Source: Octopus bimaculoides (lineage: Eukaryota). From it: a stretch of DNA of 51,311 nucleotides. The position numbers and the translations under genes were made by a program. Position 1 is the first letter of the stretch. Every line of letters begins with the position of its first letter. The stretch covers positions 28,672,671 through 28,723,981 of the forward strand of contig NC_068991.1 of the NCBI RefSeq assembly GCF_001194135.2, given 5' to 3'. This document shows, piece after piece, positions 24,129 to 37,344 of this stretch. A model generated the notes under the pieces. That model saw only the letters and a list, made by a program, of their open reading frames with translations, was not told the origin of the DNA and did no database searches.

Positions 24129-24207
24129 TGGCATGATGATAAAAAGGACCAACTTGCTTTGACGTTTGGAAATTTCATGGAGAATTTTCTACAGAAATTT
24201 GTCCCTG
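24129..24207 (+). CDS. COQ6: COQ6 exon 8
   Basis: tctcttAG acceptor; WHDDKKDQLALTFGNFMENFLQKFVP(G); GTAAAT donor; 79 nt, keeps the frame with exon 9. Confidence 0.88.
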
Positions 24208-24730
24208 GTAAATCAGTTCTTTATTTTCACCTTAATTTGCCTCAAATCACCAAGCTAGATAGTATTTCTGCTAATTATTAGGCATACATACATACATATA
24301 TACACACACAAGTGTATTTATACACTCATCAAAAAGAAGGAACTAAGGTTCTTTCTCAAACCATTGGCCATAAGGCCAGTTTCTCAGATTTTGTGGCATA
24401 CATATTCCCCTCCTGGATTGGATGCCAATCAGTGGCATGATTACTCTCCTTTGCCATCTGAGTGAACTGGAGCAACGTGAAATGAAGTGTTTTGCTCTGG
24501 AACACAATGCATCATCTGGTACGAGAATCAAAACTACTACCTTACAATCATGTGTGCAACCCCCTGACTATTAGATCACACATACACATAGTGTGTGTGT
24601 GTGTGTTTTTATATGTGTGTGTGTGTGTATAGTCCCTCTTAAATCATTTACTTCTTTATTTTTACATTCATATATCTCAAATCACTAAGCTGAATAGTAT
24701 TTCTGGTATTTCTTGTACATACATATTTTT

Positions 24731-24830
24731 ATGTATGTGTATGTATGTATGTATGTGTGTATGTATGTATGTATGTATGTATGTATGTATGTATGTATGT
24801 ATGTATGTATGTGTGTATGTATGTATGTAT
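24731..24830. repeat. (ATGT)n microsatellite
   Basis: Near-perfect tetranucleotide run. Many (TA)n, (CA)n, (CAT)n and (GTA)n runs occur elsewhere, e.g. 2477-2524, 4948-4988, 41663-41726. Confidence 0.95.
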
Positions 24831-24844
24831 ATATATCTCAATAT

Positions 24845-25830
24845 CATCATCATCGTTTAATGTCCGTTTTCCATGCTGGCATGAGTTGGATGTTTTGACT
24901 GAGGTTTGGAGAGCCAGCAGCTGCACCAGACTTTAATCTGATCTGGCAATGTTTCTACAGCTGGATGCCCTTCCTAATGCCAACCACTCTGAGAGTGTAG
25001 TGGGTGCTTTTTACATGCCCCCAGCACAGGAGCCAGTCAGTGGTGTACTGGCATCAGACACATTCGGATGGTGCTTTTTACATGCCACCGGCACAGGGGC
25101 CAGTAAGGTGGTCCTGGTATCAATCACATTCAGATAGTGCTTTTTACTTTCAACCAGCACAGGAACCAGTCAGTGGGTACTGGTATCAGCCACATTCGGA
25201 TGGTGCTTTTTATGTGCCACTGGCATGGGAGCCAATCAGCGGGTACTGGCATCAGCCATGTTCAGATGGTGCTTTTTACATGTTGCTGGCACAGGGGCCA
25301 ATCAGGTGGTCCTGGGAACGATCACATTCGTGATCGGATAGTACATTTTGCGTACCACTGGCACAGGAACCAGTCAGGTAGACCTGGTACCGACCATGTT
25401 TGGATGGTGCTTTTTATGTGCCATCGGCGCAGGAGCCAGTCAGGAGGCACTGGTCACAGCAACGATTTTGGTTTTACTTGACTCAACAGGTCTTCTCAAG
25501 CATATCATATCGCCCGATGCATCAAGGGTACTCTTAACTGGGCCAGGCCACGAGTGCCAGTCCGGCAGTACTGGCAACGGCCATGCTCAAATGGTGTTTT
25601 TTTACATGCCACCTGCACAGGAGTCAGTCCAATATTTTATTCACATGCCACCAGCACAAGTGCCAGTAAGGCGAAGCTGGAAACGATTGCGCTCAAATGG
25701 TGATTTTTACATGCCACCGGCATGGAAGCAAGACCACTGCTCTGGTAGTGATCCTGCTTGGATGGTGCTGTTAGCGCTCCACTGGCACGGGTGCCAGTTA
25801 ACGAATTTGGTTCAATTTTTGATTTCGATT
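24845..25830 (+). mobile_element. (CAT)n-associated SINE family A with internal ~66-bp tandem array
   Basis: Head GTTTAATGTCCG..TTCCATGCT, core GTTTCTACAGCTGGATGCCCTTCCTAA, then 7 units at 25002-25470 and more at 25545-25800. Family copies at ~11050, 22490, 23305(-), 29770(-), 36150, 47640, 49790(-). Confidence 0.85.
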
Positions 25831-26401
25831 TCACTTGCCTCAACAGATCTTTGCAAGCAGGGTTTTGTGTCCAAAGAAGGAAAGGTATGCATAAGTGGGC
25901 TGGCTACACCCCTGGTAAAGGCCACAGGTTATGGTCTCACTTATATATATACAATACATATATATGTACACGTATATATACACATATATACATTCATGCA
26001 TATATTTTTACATATATATACATACATATATACATACATCTACTACATATGTGATGTGGAAAATTCTGTCTATGGGTGTGTTTGTTTTTGGAGTTGTTAT
26101 CTAACTCCTCCTACACCGTTTTATCAATTTTGATGAAACTTGACACGTCAGTAGAACTCATGTCTGGAAAACTAGTGACTTCAATTTGTTCACAGTCTTG
26201 ATAACTAACTGTAGCACATCATTCAACCTATCATTCATATTTTTTTCCCACTAAATGCTGCAGGTGTGCCAGGCAATGAACAGTTAGTATCTGGTGGGAA
26301 TTTTCACGCTTTAGGAGAGATGAAAGACCTCTGTATCTTCTATCATCGAAGGAGCTCCATCAAACGTACAGGCAAGAATATTACTGAGTGGGATATTATG
26401 T

Positions 26402-26760
26402 TCAAAAAGGGAAGACTTGAGATTGTGAAAAATAGTCGCTGAAATACCAAACATATACCATCATCAAACATTGATTGACCACAACAGTTGACTCATCCAC
26501 TTGTATAGAAAATTCAGAATACTGGGGAATATTAATGAGTTGATGTTTGACATCATTGGCCATTTCATCGATGCGTCGAGAAATTGTGTTATTACTAAGT
26601 GGGATCATCTTTGTAAAGTTATCGGGTTTTTCATGCATAATGGTTGACAAAAACTCTTCGATAACTGGGCAAAGTAATGTTTGTCCAATTGTGTGAGACT
26701 TCCCAGACTTAGCAACAAGCAATGCAATTAACTCGCCATTCTCCTGTTTACTGATGGTGA
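26402..26760 (-). mobile_element. hAT (Buster/ZBED5-like) transposase fragment
   Basis: LVAKSGKSHTIGQTLLCP...IPLSNNTISRRIDEMANDV...FSIQVDESTV. Confidence 0.88.
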
Positions 26761-28349
26761 TATTTGTTTACAACTATTGTTCAATACAGGACTAAGAGAC
26801 ACAGGCCACATAGGCACATTCATACTTGTACACATACATACACACATACACACAGAGGCACAGGTGTGATTGTGTGGTTGAGCAGCTTGCTTTCCAGCCA
26901 TGTGGTTTCAGGTTTAATCCCATAGCACAATACCTTGGACAAGCATCATCTACTATAGCCTTGGAATGACCAAAGCATTGTGAGTGGATTTGATAGGTAG
27001 AAACTCAATGAAGCCTCTTCTGTGTTTGTGTGTGTGTGCATGCACAGACATGCATGTGTGTGTATATGTATGTGTCTATGCATATACATACATATATGTG
27101 TGTGTGTTCATGTGTATCTATATTTTGACGTGATGGTTGCAAAGAGCATCACCATCATACATGCAGTGTTGTTTGTTTCTAGTTTTTCATGAAAATTATG
27201 TTTGGCTATGGGAAAATATTACTTTATTTGAAAACAGGTGAAGATTGGCAGAAGGAAGGGGATCCACCCATAAAGAAATCTGCTTCAATGCATTCCTTCT
27301 GCCCCATGGTAACTTGGAAAAGTGGATGTTAAATGATGATGATAATGGTGTATATATCCAGCAGGGTTGCACATGAGTTTCAGTGGTTTAAAAGTTCACT
27401 TTATACCTGTAAAGTCGTGGGTTCAGTTCCACCACATGAGATCTCGAGCATATTTGTTTTACTATAGAGTCTAATTAACCAAAGCTTTCTGAGTGAAAGT
27501 GAGTAATAGAAACTGTACAGAAGCCCATGTGCCTGTCATTCAAAAGTCTGCCCTTATCTCACTGCATCACATTGACTCTATTTCAGAATTATTTTAAGAG
27601 GATATATGTCTATAGAATAGTCAATCGCTTTGCACACTAATTCAATGAACAAGTTGTTCAGTCGATTGTACAATTAGGTACTAAGACATCATTCTTAATG
27701 AGAGTGTTCATTATCATGGCTAACAGGCTTCTGTACAATTTCCCTCTAATTCCACACACACAGCAATGAATATTGTACAAAGAACCTCATGGCTGCAATG
27801 CAAACCTTTTACTCACACAGCCATGCCTGCATCTGTTTGAAAGCAATATTGGTTTCAAATTTCAGCACAAGGCTAGCAATTTCAGAGGAGGGGCTAAGTC
27901 TGTTACATTTACCCCAGTATTCAACTGGTGCTTCTTTTTTCAACCCTGAAAGGATGAAAGGCAAAGTCAACCCCAGTGGCAATAATTATAATAATAATTC
28001 TTTCTACTAAAGGCACAAGGCCTGAAATTTTAGAGAAGGGTACTAGTCAATTACATCGACCCCAGTGTTTCACTGGTACTTAATTTATCAACCCTCATAG
28101 GATGTAAGGTAAAGTTGATCTCAGCAGAATTTGAACTTAGGACATAAACATGGACAAAATGCCACTAAGCATTTTGCTTGGTATGCTAACCATTCTGCCA
28201 GTTTGCCACCTTTGTTTGAAAGCAATATTGGAACTATGAATGGTTTAGTTGATCTGTTTGCCAGAAATCCTTGAAACACTTACTTCATGTGAGATATGAC
28301 ATAATTTGAAATATATATGTTTAATGGACCCTTTTCTTCCTGTTAACAG

Positions 28350-28476
28350 GTGGAGGTGGTTCTTTGAGACAAATGCCACCAACAATTTCCAATGTTGATG
28401 AAGGATCACGAGCCTTGTTCCCCTTAGGTTTGAATGTTGCCTCATATTTTGTCCGACAAGGAGTTGCCTTAATTGG
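28350..28476 (+). CDS. COQ6: COQ6 exon 9
   Basis: GGGSLRQMPPTISNVDEGSRALFPLGLNVASYFVRQGVALIG; AG...GTGAGT; 127 nt. Confidence 0.95.
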
Positions 28477-28549
28477 GTGAGTATTTCTTACTTTCTACCA
28501 GATCAACCATTCATAAGACAGGCATACGTACATGTACCTACACTTGCAT

Positions 28550-28880
28550 GTTGTTGTATCAATATGCTCCATTGGATGTGCAACATCAGTGCGCATGTGC
28601 AACAAAGTACAAATGTATTGATAGAAAAGTTTGGCATAAGAGGAATCAAATGTAGCATGCAAGAGGAAAGACTACATTGGTTTTGACACGTGATGTGTAT
28701 GAATGAGGACAGCTACATAAAGAAGTGCCGATCACTGAAAGTGGATGGTATCCATGGAAGAGGGAGACACAGGAAGATGTGGGATGTAATGGTAAGGACC
28801 ATTCTCAGGATGTTGGGCTTCACATAGGAAATGACAATGGACTGAGATGTCTGGCGATATGAAGTTCTTGAGAAGACCTG
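28550..28880 (+). mobile_element. RTE-type LINE 3' fragment
   Basis: KFGIRGIKCSMQEERLHWF*HVMCMNEDSYIKKC...GRGRHRKMWD; followed by a CT-rich duplicated tail at 28940-29270. Confidence 0.8.
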
Positions 28881-30019
28881 CCCACATCAGTGAAACGGAG
28901 TTCTAGAAGCACTGCGGGTCCCACCCACACTTAAAAAGAAAACTTCTCACACACCCTACCACAACAAACCAAACTACATCTCTTCCTCACATTTCCACTT
29001 CATGCACTATGCTTATCTCCCACTCCCCAATCCCGTCCTCTTGGCCCTGGTGCCACTGTATCATTGCTCTCTGCTAGCCCCCGACCTGTGTGTTCCACCT
29101 ACATGTAACAAGTAAACTTTTCACACACCCTATCCCCAACAAACCAACCTACATCTCTTCTCTTCCTCACATTTCCTCCTTCATACAGTATACCTAACTC
29201 TCACTCCCCAATCTTGTCCTCATAGCCCTGTTCCTCTGTATTATTGCTATCCGGTAGCCCCACCCCCAACTCTATATATATACCCAGGTTTCTGCCACTC
29301 ACTCCCCACTTCCAGACACTTTAACCATGCTTCTTTCGCAATATCCTACCACTTATATTATGGCATTCGAACGTTAAGGCTATGCCCTGGCACTTGCCAC
29401 CATCTATATCTCTCTCTTCCTTTACTCAACCATCCCATTTATATTCTGATCCCTGCCCTTTGTGAGTATGCTCAGCACTTTGCCACCATTTCTATCCTGC
29501 TGTCTCCTACTCTCTCTCTCCTTCTCCTGCACTTCCCTCAGGATGGATAACGACGTCTTTCGTTTGCGGCAGTGCACTTGTTTCTGACTTCATTCCTGAT
29601 CTATCTCTCTCTCTCTTCCTCTCCCCCCAACCGGGCAACCTTGTACCTCCTCTACAGCAAGCCACCTGTTTCTATCTCTCTGTCTCACTATAACCTTTCC
29701 GACACAAGATCACCTCCTCCAATGCCCCCTCCCCTCTCAAAAGAGATTTTTCTTTTTTGTCTTGCAAATACTTGGTGACCCTGTCAGTGCAGGTGCCACT
29801 TAAAAGCACCGAGTCCACACTGTAAAGTGGTTGGTATTTGGAAGAGCATCCAGCTGTAAAAATCCTGCCAAAAGAAGTCTGGTGCAGGCTTCTACTTGGT
29901 CAGCTCTTGTCAAACTGTCCCACCCATACCAGCATGGAAGGTAGACGTTAAACAATGATGATGATGATATATATATATATTTATTTATTTATTTCACACA
30001 CACACATAGATACAAGCAT

Positions 30020-30705
30020 TTATTTAACAGGCACAACCTAAGTGTCTCCTTTAGTTGTGCACCGAACATAAAAAGCATTTTAACAAGCACCCACAAAACA
30101 AGGGAGGAGGGAGGTTGCTCTTGCAGAGTAAGCAATAACTGTCCAATAGGAGGCTGGTGCAAGGTGGTAACCAACAACCCCAGTACCACTGCCACAGATG
30201 ATGGACAAACCATTATTATCGACATCAGTAGAGTGACTGGCCCCACACCATATGTTACCACCAGTACAATCGTCACAGCTAGAGATGGTGACCAATCTGG
30301 GACCAACGACACAGAGGAAGAAACCGGGATCCTCAGTACCACCACCTCAGACGATAACCAAGCAATTATCATTGACACTGATGGAGTAACCAGCTCTGCA
30401 CCATATGTTACCACCAAGCTACACCCACACTAACACTAGCAGCATCACCGCCAACCATATGACTAGAAACAATAACCACAGAGTTAACACCCTTATATCA
30501 TTGTACCATAATGACAGCATTAGCAATGGTGTTACCAACAGCATCACCATACCTGGAGCCTACCAGAGATATAGTTCTTTCAAGCATTGCTAAAAAGACA
30601 TTTTGTCATGTCCCTAGCCAGCCATGTGTGGCACCTCAAAGATCAAGGGACCTCATGTGATATCAAGTGGAAAATAGTAGAACGTTCAGGCCTATATATT
30701 AATGG
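30020..30705 (+). mobile_element. Rearranged Penelope-like fragment (linker + GIY-YIG tail with Thr-rich insert)
   Basis: LFNRHNLSVSFSCAPNIKSIL...CSCRVSNNCPIGGWC, then a Thr-rich repeat, then RYSSFKH...SLASHVWHLKDQG...IKWKIVERS. Confidence 0.75.
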
Positions 30706-31016
30706 GATGTTCATGATTGGATGTTCATTGGACTGGGTTTATAAATGTTCATTAGACTGGTTTCTAGCCATTCACTGGATTGATAGTGTTCACTAGATTG
30801 GTTGTTCTATGCACACATTCACGCATGCAAACTTCTACATAATTTCTCTAAACTAATTTTATCCCAGGTACCACTCAGTGGGACTGAACTCAGAATTCCA
30901 TGGCTTTGTAGTGAACTTCTTAACCACACTACCACACTTGTACCCATAATAAAAAGATTAATGAATATATCTGACGTTGAAGTGTAACAGTAATATATTT
31001 TATTGGTTATTTACAG

Positions 31017-31132
31017 GGATGCTGCCCATCGAATCCATCCATTGGCTGGTCAAGGAGTGAACCTTGGTTTTGCTGATGTTACTTGTCTTTCTGACAAATT
31101 ACTGGAAGCAGTGAATCAAGGCAGTGATTTAG
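31017..31132 (+). CDS. COQ6: COQ6 exon 10 (GD motif)
   Basis: (G)[38 protein letters not shown]; ttacAG...GTACCT; 116 nt. Confidence 0.97.
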
Positions 31133-31590
31133 GTACCTTTGTTTCTCTCTTTTTAATCTTTTGTTCATTTATTGTGATTAGGCGCAAACATGGCTTGGTT
31201 TAGGCGTGGTTGTGGGATCAAGAAGCTTGCTTCCCAACCATGTGATTTCAGGTTCAGTCCCACTGCATATCTTGGGCAAATGCCTTCTACTATAGCCCCA
31301 AGCTGACTATATTCTTGGGAGTTAATGTACATATGTGTGTGTAAAGCAGCAAGCTGGCAAAATCATTAGCATGCCAAGCAAAATGCTTAGCAGCATTTTG
31401 TCTGTCTTTACATTCCGAGTTCAGATTCCACTGAGGTTGACTTTGCCTTTCATCCTTTATGGGTCAATAAAATAAGTACCAGTTTAACACTGGAGTTGAT
31501 GTAATCAACTTACCCCTCACCTAAAACTGCTGGCTTTGTGCCAAAATTTGAAATCAATATGTGTGTGTACACTCATGTCTTGACATGGAT

Positions 31591-31623
<33 letters not shown>

Positions 31624-33869
31624 ATTGTCATACAAGCAATGTTGTTTGTTTTCAGTCTTCCATGAAGTACATATCTGGCCATAGGGAAATATTACCTTGC
31701 TTGAAAATAGATGTGGATTGGAGACAGGAAGGGCATCCTGCTGCAGAAAATCTCCCTCCATCTGACCCATGTAAACCTGAAATGATAATAATGATTTTCT
31801 ATGCTAGCATGGTTTAGATGAGTATATTATTTAAGCATTCCTGTACAACTGGATACCTTTCTTGTCACTAACCCTCACCTGTTCTACAAGGAAGGGATAT
31901 CTCATTCTGTATGTGAAGGTGCAAAGCGAGTAAATCATGTGTTGACAAGGTAAACTACAGCAACATCATTACTTCTTGCTCACTGATTTTTTGGTGAAGT
32001 ACAGATGTACACATACGCATGTGCATACGTATACACAAGTGTATGTGTGTCAGCATTATTTTATGTCCAGTTTCCATGCCAGCATTGGGTGGATATTTTG
32101 ACAGGATGCAAAAGATCAGAGGATCATATCTTGCTCTAATGTTGCTACTATTTTGGCATGATTTCTGTGGTTGGATGCATTTCTTAATGCTAACCACTTT
32201 ACACAGTGTGCTTTTGTCATGGCATCTAAATTAGTGAGGTCACCAAGTAACTTGCAAGACTGAAGAACCTACTTGACTGAGGGAAGGATAGGAGATAGGA
32301 TGGTCTCTTTTAGCAAGGTAATGGTAGGCTTAAATATGATAGAGAGGTTGGGGGGAACATGTTTACTGTTTGTAGTGGAAATTCACGGCTACCTAATATT
32401 TTACATGGGTGGATGGAGATGGCTGGAGCAGAGCTCAACAAGTGGTAAATAGAGTGATGATGAGGTGCCAAGTTCTAACACCAGTGATGTCCACTTTACC
32501 TCAGGTTAGCCCAATAAAGTAGACCTGTGATCACAGTCATTCCAGCCATACAGCATCTTCTGTGAGAGTATATCTTGGACAACATTATCCAAGGTGTCTT
32601 TTTATATAAAAATAAGGTAGGGTTTACAAAAGATTCAGTTGGTGTTTTTAGCAGGTTGAAAGAAGCTCCTTCATTAGTTCATGTATGTTTGTGTATTCAT
32701 ATGTTGTGGTCATGTAGCCACATACAAGCACTAGTTTGCAATGGTACAGGTTCAATTCCTAGTGAAGCCAAGTTCATGTCATATACTTGTTACAATTTCC
32801 AAGTCATTCCATCCTGGATTCCTACCAAAATGACTTATAGCATTCATACAACCTCTAGAACATGTCATCCAAGAAGTTATTAATGCCAGAGCACCTGACA
32901 CAATTTTATACGGTAAAATGGAACATATCCTGTTGGCCATACTGGTAGAGGAGTGAACGTGAGTGACAGTTGAAGATGCTGAATGCAGGTGAACTGTTGT
33001 AGAAATTTTACTCTGAAGTCACTGTGCAAATTTTATTGTAAATGATATTTATTTTAATAATTTGACACACATGCACACACATATATATAAATATATATGA
33101 AATTAAGTATTAAACACTTACTTTCAAAATATTGTTCACTTGACATTTATAAATCATATGTAAGTTTTATCTTAATAATTATTACTGCGCACTCTACTAC
33201 TGTTACTATCACTTCCCTGTCTATCTCTCTCTCTCTCTTGTTCTTCATCCTTTCTGCTTTTCTCTTCCAACCCTTCCCTATTCTTCTCTTCCTTTCAACG
33301 TTCTCTCTCTCTCACTCCTCCTCCTTGACCCTCTCGTCGCTGACACGTGACAAAAGGGATTCTTTCTTTCTATTTCCTGCCTTCCAATAGAGAAGACGTG
33401 ATTTTTTTGTCTCTCAGTCACATCTAACTATCATTCAAAAGAATAATTTTTCTATCATCTTGGCCTAACAGCCCTCATCATTTGTTTTCACTGTTCTGTC
33501 TTGTTTTTACTGTCTTTTACTGTCTTGTTCTCACTGTCCTGTTCTTGTTTACACTTTCACCCTCCGCACAAAATTCCAAATTTTATTTATTTTGCTTTGC
33601 GGGAAGGACTGTTCCAACAAAGTCACGTATTGTCCTTGCCTTCAAAATGTGGATTAGATGGAACAGGGACGACTGAAGAAGGGAAATATTCTTTATGTTG
33701 CATGTCTTGTTTGTTTTTTTCGTCTTTATGTTTTCGTTTCTCATTGCGTTTAACGTTTTTTGTGATGTCCTGTACCCATATATGCATGTATGTATACATA
33801 TAGATGTAGGTATGTACATATATGTATGGATATATGCATGTATTTATATATTATTTATGCTATATATAT

Positions 33870-34260
33870 AGCTTTTACTTGTTTCAGTCATTAGTCATTA
33901 GACTGTGGGCCATGCTGGAGCACCACCTTGAAAATTTTTAGTCGAATGAATCAACCCATTCTTATTTTTTGTTAAGTCTCTTTTGCTGAACTGCTAAGTT
34001 ACCAGGACAAACACAGACACAAAAACACACACACACACACCTGTGTGTGTATGTATACTCTTTTTTACTCTTTTATTTGTTTCAGTCATTTGACTGTGGC
34101 CATGTTGGAGCACCGCCTTTAGTCAAGCAAATTGACCCTAGGACTTATTCTTTGTAAGCCTAGTACTTATTCTATTGGTGTCTTTTGCCGAACCGTTAAG
34201 TAACAGGGATGTAAACACACCAGCATCGGTGATGTTGGGGGAAGCAAACACAGACACACA
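33870..34260 (+). mobile_element. Two tandem copies of SINE-like family D (TTGTTTCAGTCATT.GACTGTGGCCATGCTGG...)
   Basis: Same motif also at ~1720, 20200(-), 34860(-), 36430, 38645, 48840, 49555. Confidence 0.8.
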
Positions 34261-35460
34261 AACATATACACACACATACATATATACATATATACGACGG
34301 GCTTTTTTCAGTTTCCGTCTAACAAATCTACTCATAAGGCTTTGGTCGGTCTGAGGCTATAGTAGAAGACACTTGCCCAAGGTGCCACACAGTGGGACTG
34401 AANNNNNNNNNNNNNNNNNNNNNNNNNNNNNNNNNNNNNNNNNNNNNNNNNNNNNNNNNNNNNNNNNNNNNNNNNNNNNNNNNNNNNNNNNNNNNNNNNN
34501 NNNNNNNNNNNNNNNNNNNNNNNNNNNNNNNNNNNNNNNNNNNNNNNNNNNNNNNNNNNNNNNNNNNNNNNNNNNNNNNNNNNNNNNNNNNNNNNNNNNN
34601 NNNNNNNNNNNNNNNNNNNNNNNNNNNNNNNNNNNNNNNNNNATATATATATATATAGTTTCTGCCTACCAAATCCACTCATAAAGCCTTGTTGAGCCCA
34701 AGGTAAGAAGTTTGTTGCTCAACCACATGGTTCCGGGTTCAGTCCGACTGCATGGCACTTTGGGTTCGTGTCCTTTACTATAGCCCCAGACCAACCAAAG
34801 CCTTGTGATTGGATTTGGTGGACAGAAACTAAAAGAAGCCCATCATATATATACTTATGTGTTTGTGTTTGTGTTTATCCCCCATCACCACTTCTTTGTT
34901 TACATCCTCATAACTTAGTGGTTTGGCAGAGGAGACTGATCGAATAAGTACTAGGCTTAAAATACAAGTACTATGGTCAACTCATTCAATTATTACATGG
35001 CTGCAATCTAGTGACTGAAATAAAAGATAAAAGGTAATATATAAATATATATATTCTGTCACACACACACACACAGAGGCATAGATAGGCACCTTAAGTA
35101 AGTGTCTTCTATTATACCCCAGGGTTGATGAACGCCTTGTGAGTAGATTTGATTGATGGAAACTGAAATACTGCAAGGCTCTAACAATTCTGCCTGTCCA
35201 CTGTCCTTGCTACATTAATACTCACAGGGCATTTTCAAATCTCTCTCTCTCTCACACACACACACAATGTACAATGTATCCTGTATTTTAGTTTCCCACT
35301 AAACATGTTAGTATGCCCCAAGTTGTTATTAATTACTAGATGTCCATTACTAATTAATCATTTAACCAATAGCAGAGATGACTTTTACTTGGTTCAAACT
35401 TCTTTCGATCGTTTTACATTCAGTTATTCATCCTGCCATGCTATTTATGTCTTTCTGTAG

Positions 35461-35627
35461 GTTCTTTAAACCATCTGTTGTCATATGAATCACAACGCCA
35501 AAGAGATGTCTTACCTATTGTTGCCGCTATAGATGGTCTACAGAAACTGTATGGAACACATTTCAGTCCATTAGTGATCCTCAGAACACTTGGTTTGCAG
35601 GCAACCAATTCCAGTACATTCATCAAG
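35461..35627 (+). CDS. COQ6: COQ6 exon 11
   Basis: (G)SLNHLLSYESQRQRDVLPIVAAIDGLQKLYGTHFSPLVILRTLGLQATNSSTFIK; ctgtAG...GTGATT; 167 nt. Absent from the supplied ORF track. Confidence 0.95.
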
Positions 35628-36675
35628 GTGATTTTCTGTTTTCCCTCTTTTTAGACGTAGTCACTGTCATCTTCATCATCAATTCATCATCATCATCATT
35701 GTCATTATTGTTATCATCATCATCATTGTCATCATCACTAGCAATAGCATTATTATAAGTGAAATTGAGAGTAATTTCACTTGCTACAAAGAGCAACCAA
35801 ATACCCCTAAAATTACAGCTTACCATCTTAAAACAGGAAGGACATGTATAGCCTGGATAATATGATCCTAGACACATTACACCTAAAAATAAAATGGGAT
35901 AATTACATATTCAACACATTTGATCAGAGGTCTGCTCATTCAATGCTGATGTGGGGCTAAAGAACAGCAGCATAGATGAAGTGGCTGAATTGTTAGAGTG
36001 TCAGAAAAATGCCATGCAGTAATGAGTTCAAATCCTATGAAGGTCAAGTTTGCCATTCATTCTTCCAGCCTTGTGCCTAAATTAGAAATTATTGTTGTTA
36101 TTCCTAGCAGAAATACTATCCCCTGGCTAGTTTTCTGCTAGTAATATCATCATCATCATCGTTTAACGTCCGCTTTCCATGCTAGCATGGGTTGGACGAT
36201 TTGACTGAGGCTACACCAGGCTCCAATCTGATTTGGCAGAGTTTCTACAGCTGGATGCCCTTCCTAACGCCAACCACTCAAAGAGTGTAGTGGGTGCTTT
36301 TACGTGCCACCCGCTCGAAGGCCAGTCAGACGGTACTGGCAACGGCCACGCTCAAAATGGTGTATTTTACGTGCCACCTGCACAATAGCTAGTCCAGGGG
36401 CACTGGCAACGGTCTTGCTCGAAAGTCCTTACACATGCCGACTGCAGCCATGCTGGGGCACCACCTTGAAGAATTTTTAATCGAATAAATTGAGCCCAGT
36501 ACCTTTTTTTTTAAGTCACATACTTATTCTATCGGTCTCTTTTGCTGAATCACTAAGTTATGTGGACATAAACACACCAACACCAGTTGTCAAGTAGTGC
36601 CTCAGTTACAAATCTTCCTCCTCCTCCTTCTTGTTATTGTTCATTTATTTATTCATCTTTTTTTTTTTTTTCCAG

Positions 36676-36708
36676 GATAAATTCATCCAGACAGCAACTC
36701 ATTCGTAG
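36676..36708 (+). CDS. COQ6: COQ6 exon 12 (terminal, with stop)
   Basis: Long poly-T tract + ccAG acceptor; DKFIQTATHS-TAG. Exon sum is 1446 nt = 481 aa + stop. Confidence 0.88.
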   Translation, partial: DKFIQTATHS

Positions 36709-36759
36709 TGAAAACTGCTTTAGAGTGATTTCAACTTGAAATATCTTGGATACTAATAC

Positions 36760-37320
36760 TGTACTTTACTCAGAGATACTGTATTTTACCATACTATACT
36801 CTCTTACAATGTATTCCAATGGACTGTGCTCTATGATATTGTACTCTACCATATGGTACTCTACTACACTGCATGTCATACTCTACCACATTTATTATGT
36901 TGACTGGAGTGTAGTATGTACCAAACAGATGTTTTCTTCACAGGCAATACATAATACAGTATTCTCTTGTAATGTACTGTACTCTACCATATTGAATTCT
37001 GTCTTATTGTTCCCTACTGTAATGTACTCTACCATACTGTACTGTATTGATTTGTCTTCCTTAAGGCCACATGTTGATGTTGACTGCAGTGTATCTCAAA
37101 CACTGATGTTTTCCTTATAGTACAGTATATAGTATTGTCCTCTACTCTACTGTAATATATTATATTGTAGTATATATTGCAATATACAATATTATAGTAC
37201 ACCATTTTGTACTGTACTGTACTGTGAGCTGCTGTGCTATATAGTGCAGTACTGCACTGCACTATATTATATAGTTCACTACTATACTATATGCATTTAT
37301 ACAGTACTCTACTAGTATTC
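36760..37320. repeat. Degenerate (TACTG/TACTC)n repeat in the putative COQ6 3' UTR
   Basis: Recurrent tactgtactctac motifs; purest at 37209-37265. Confidence 0.8.
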
Positions 37321-37344
37321 TGTTTTATTATTAATTTGTTTGGT

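Noticed and set aside
24845-25830. CRISPR-like appearance of regular 66-bp units
   Set aside because: Whole units are homologous with no unique spacers, the context is a eukaryotic SINE and no cas genes are present.
25348-26133. 261-aa plus-strand ORF
   Set aside because: Read-through of the 66-bp SINE array and TA/CA microsatellite; no splice or homology support.
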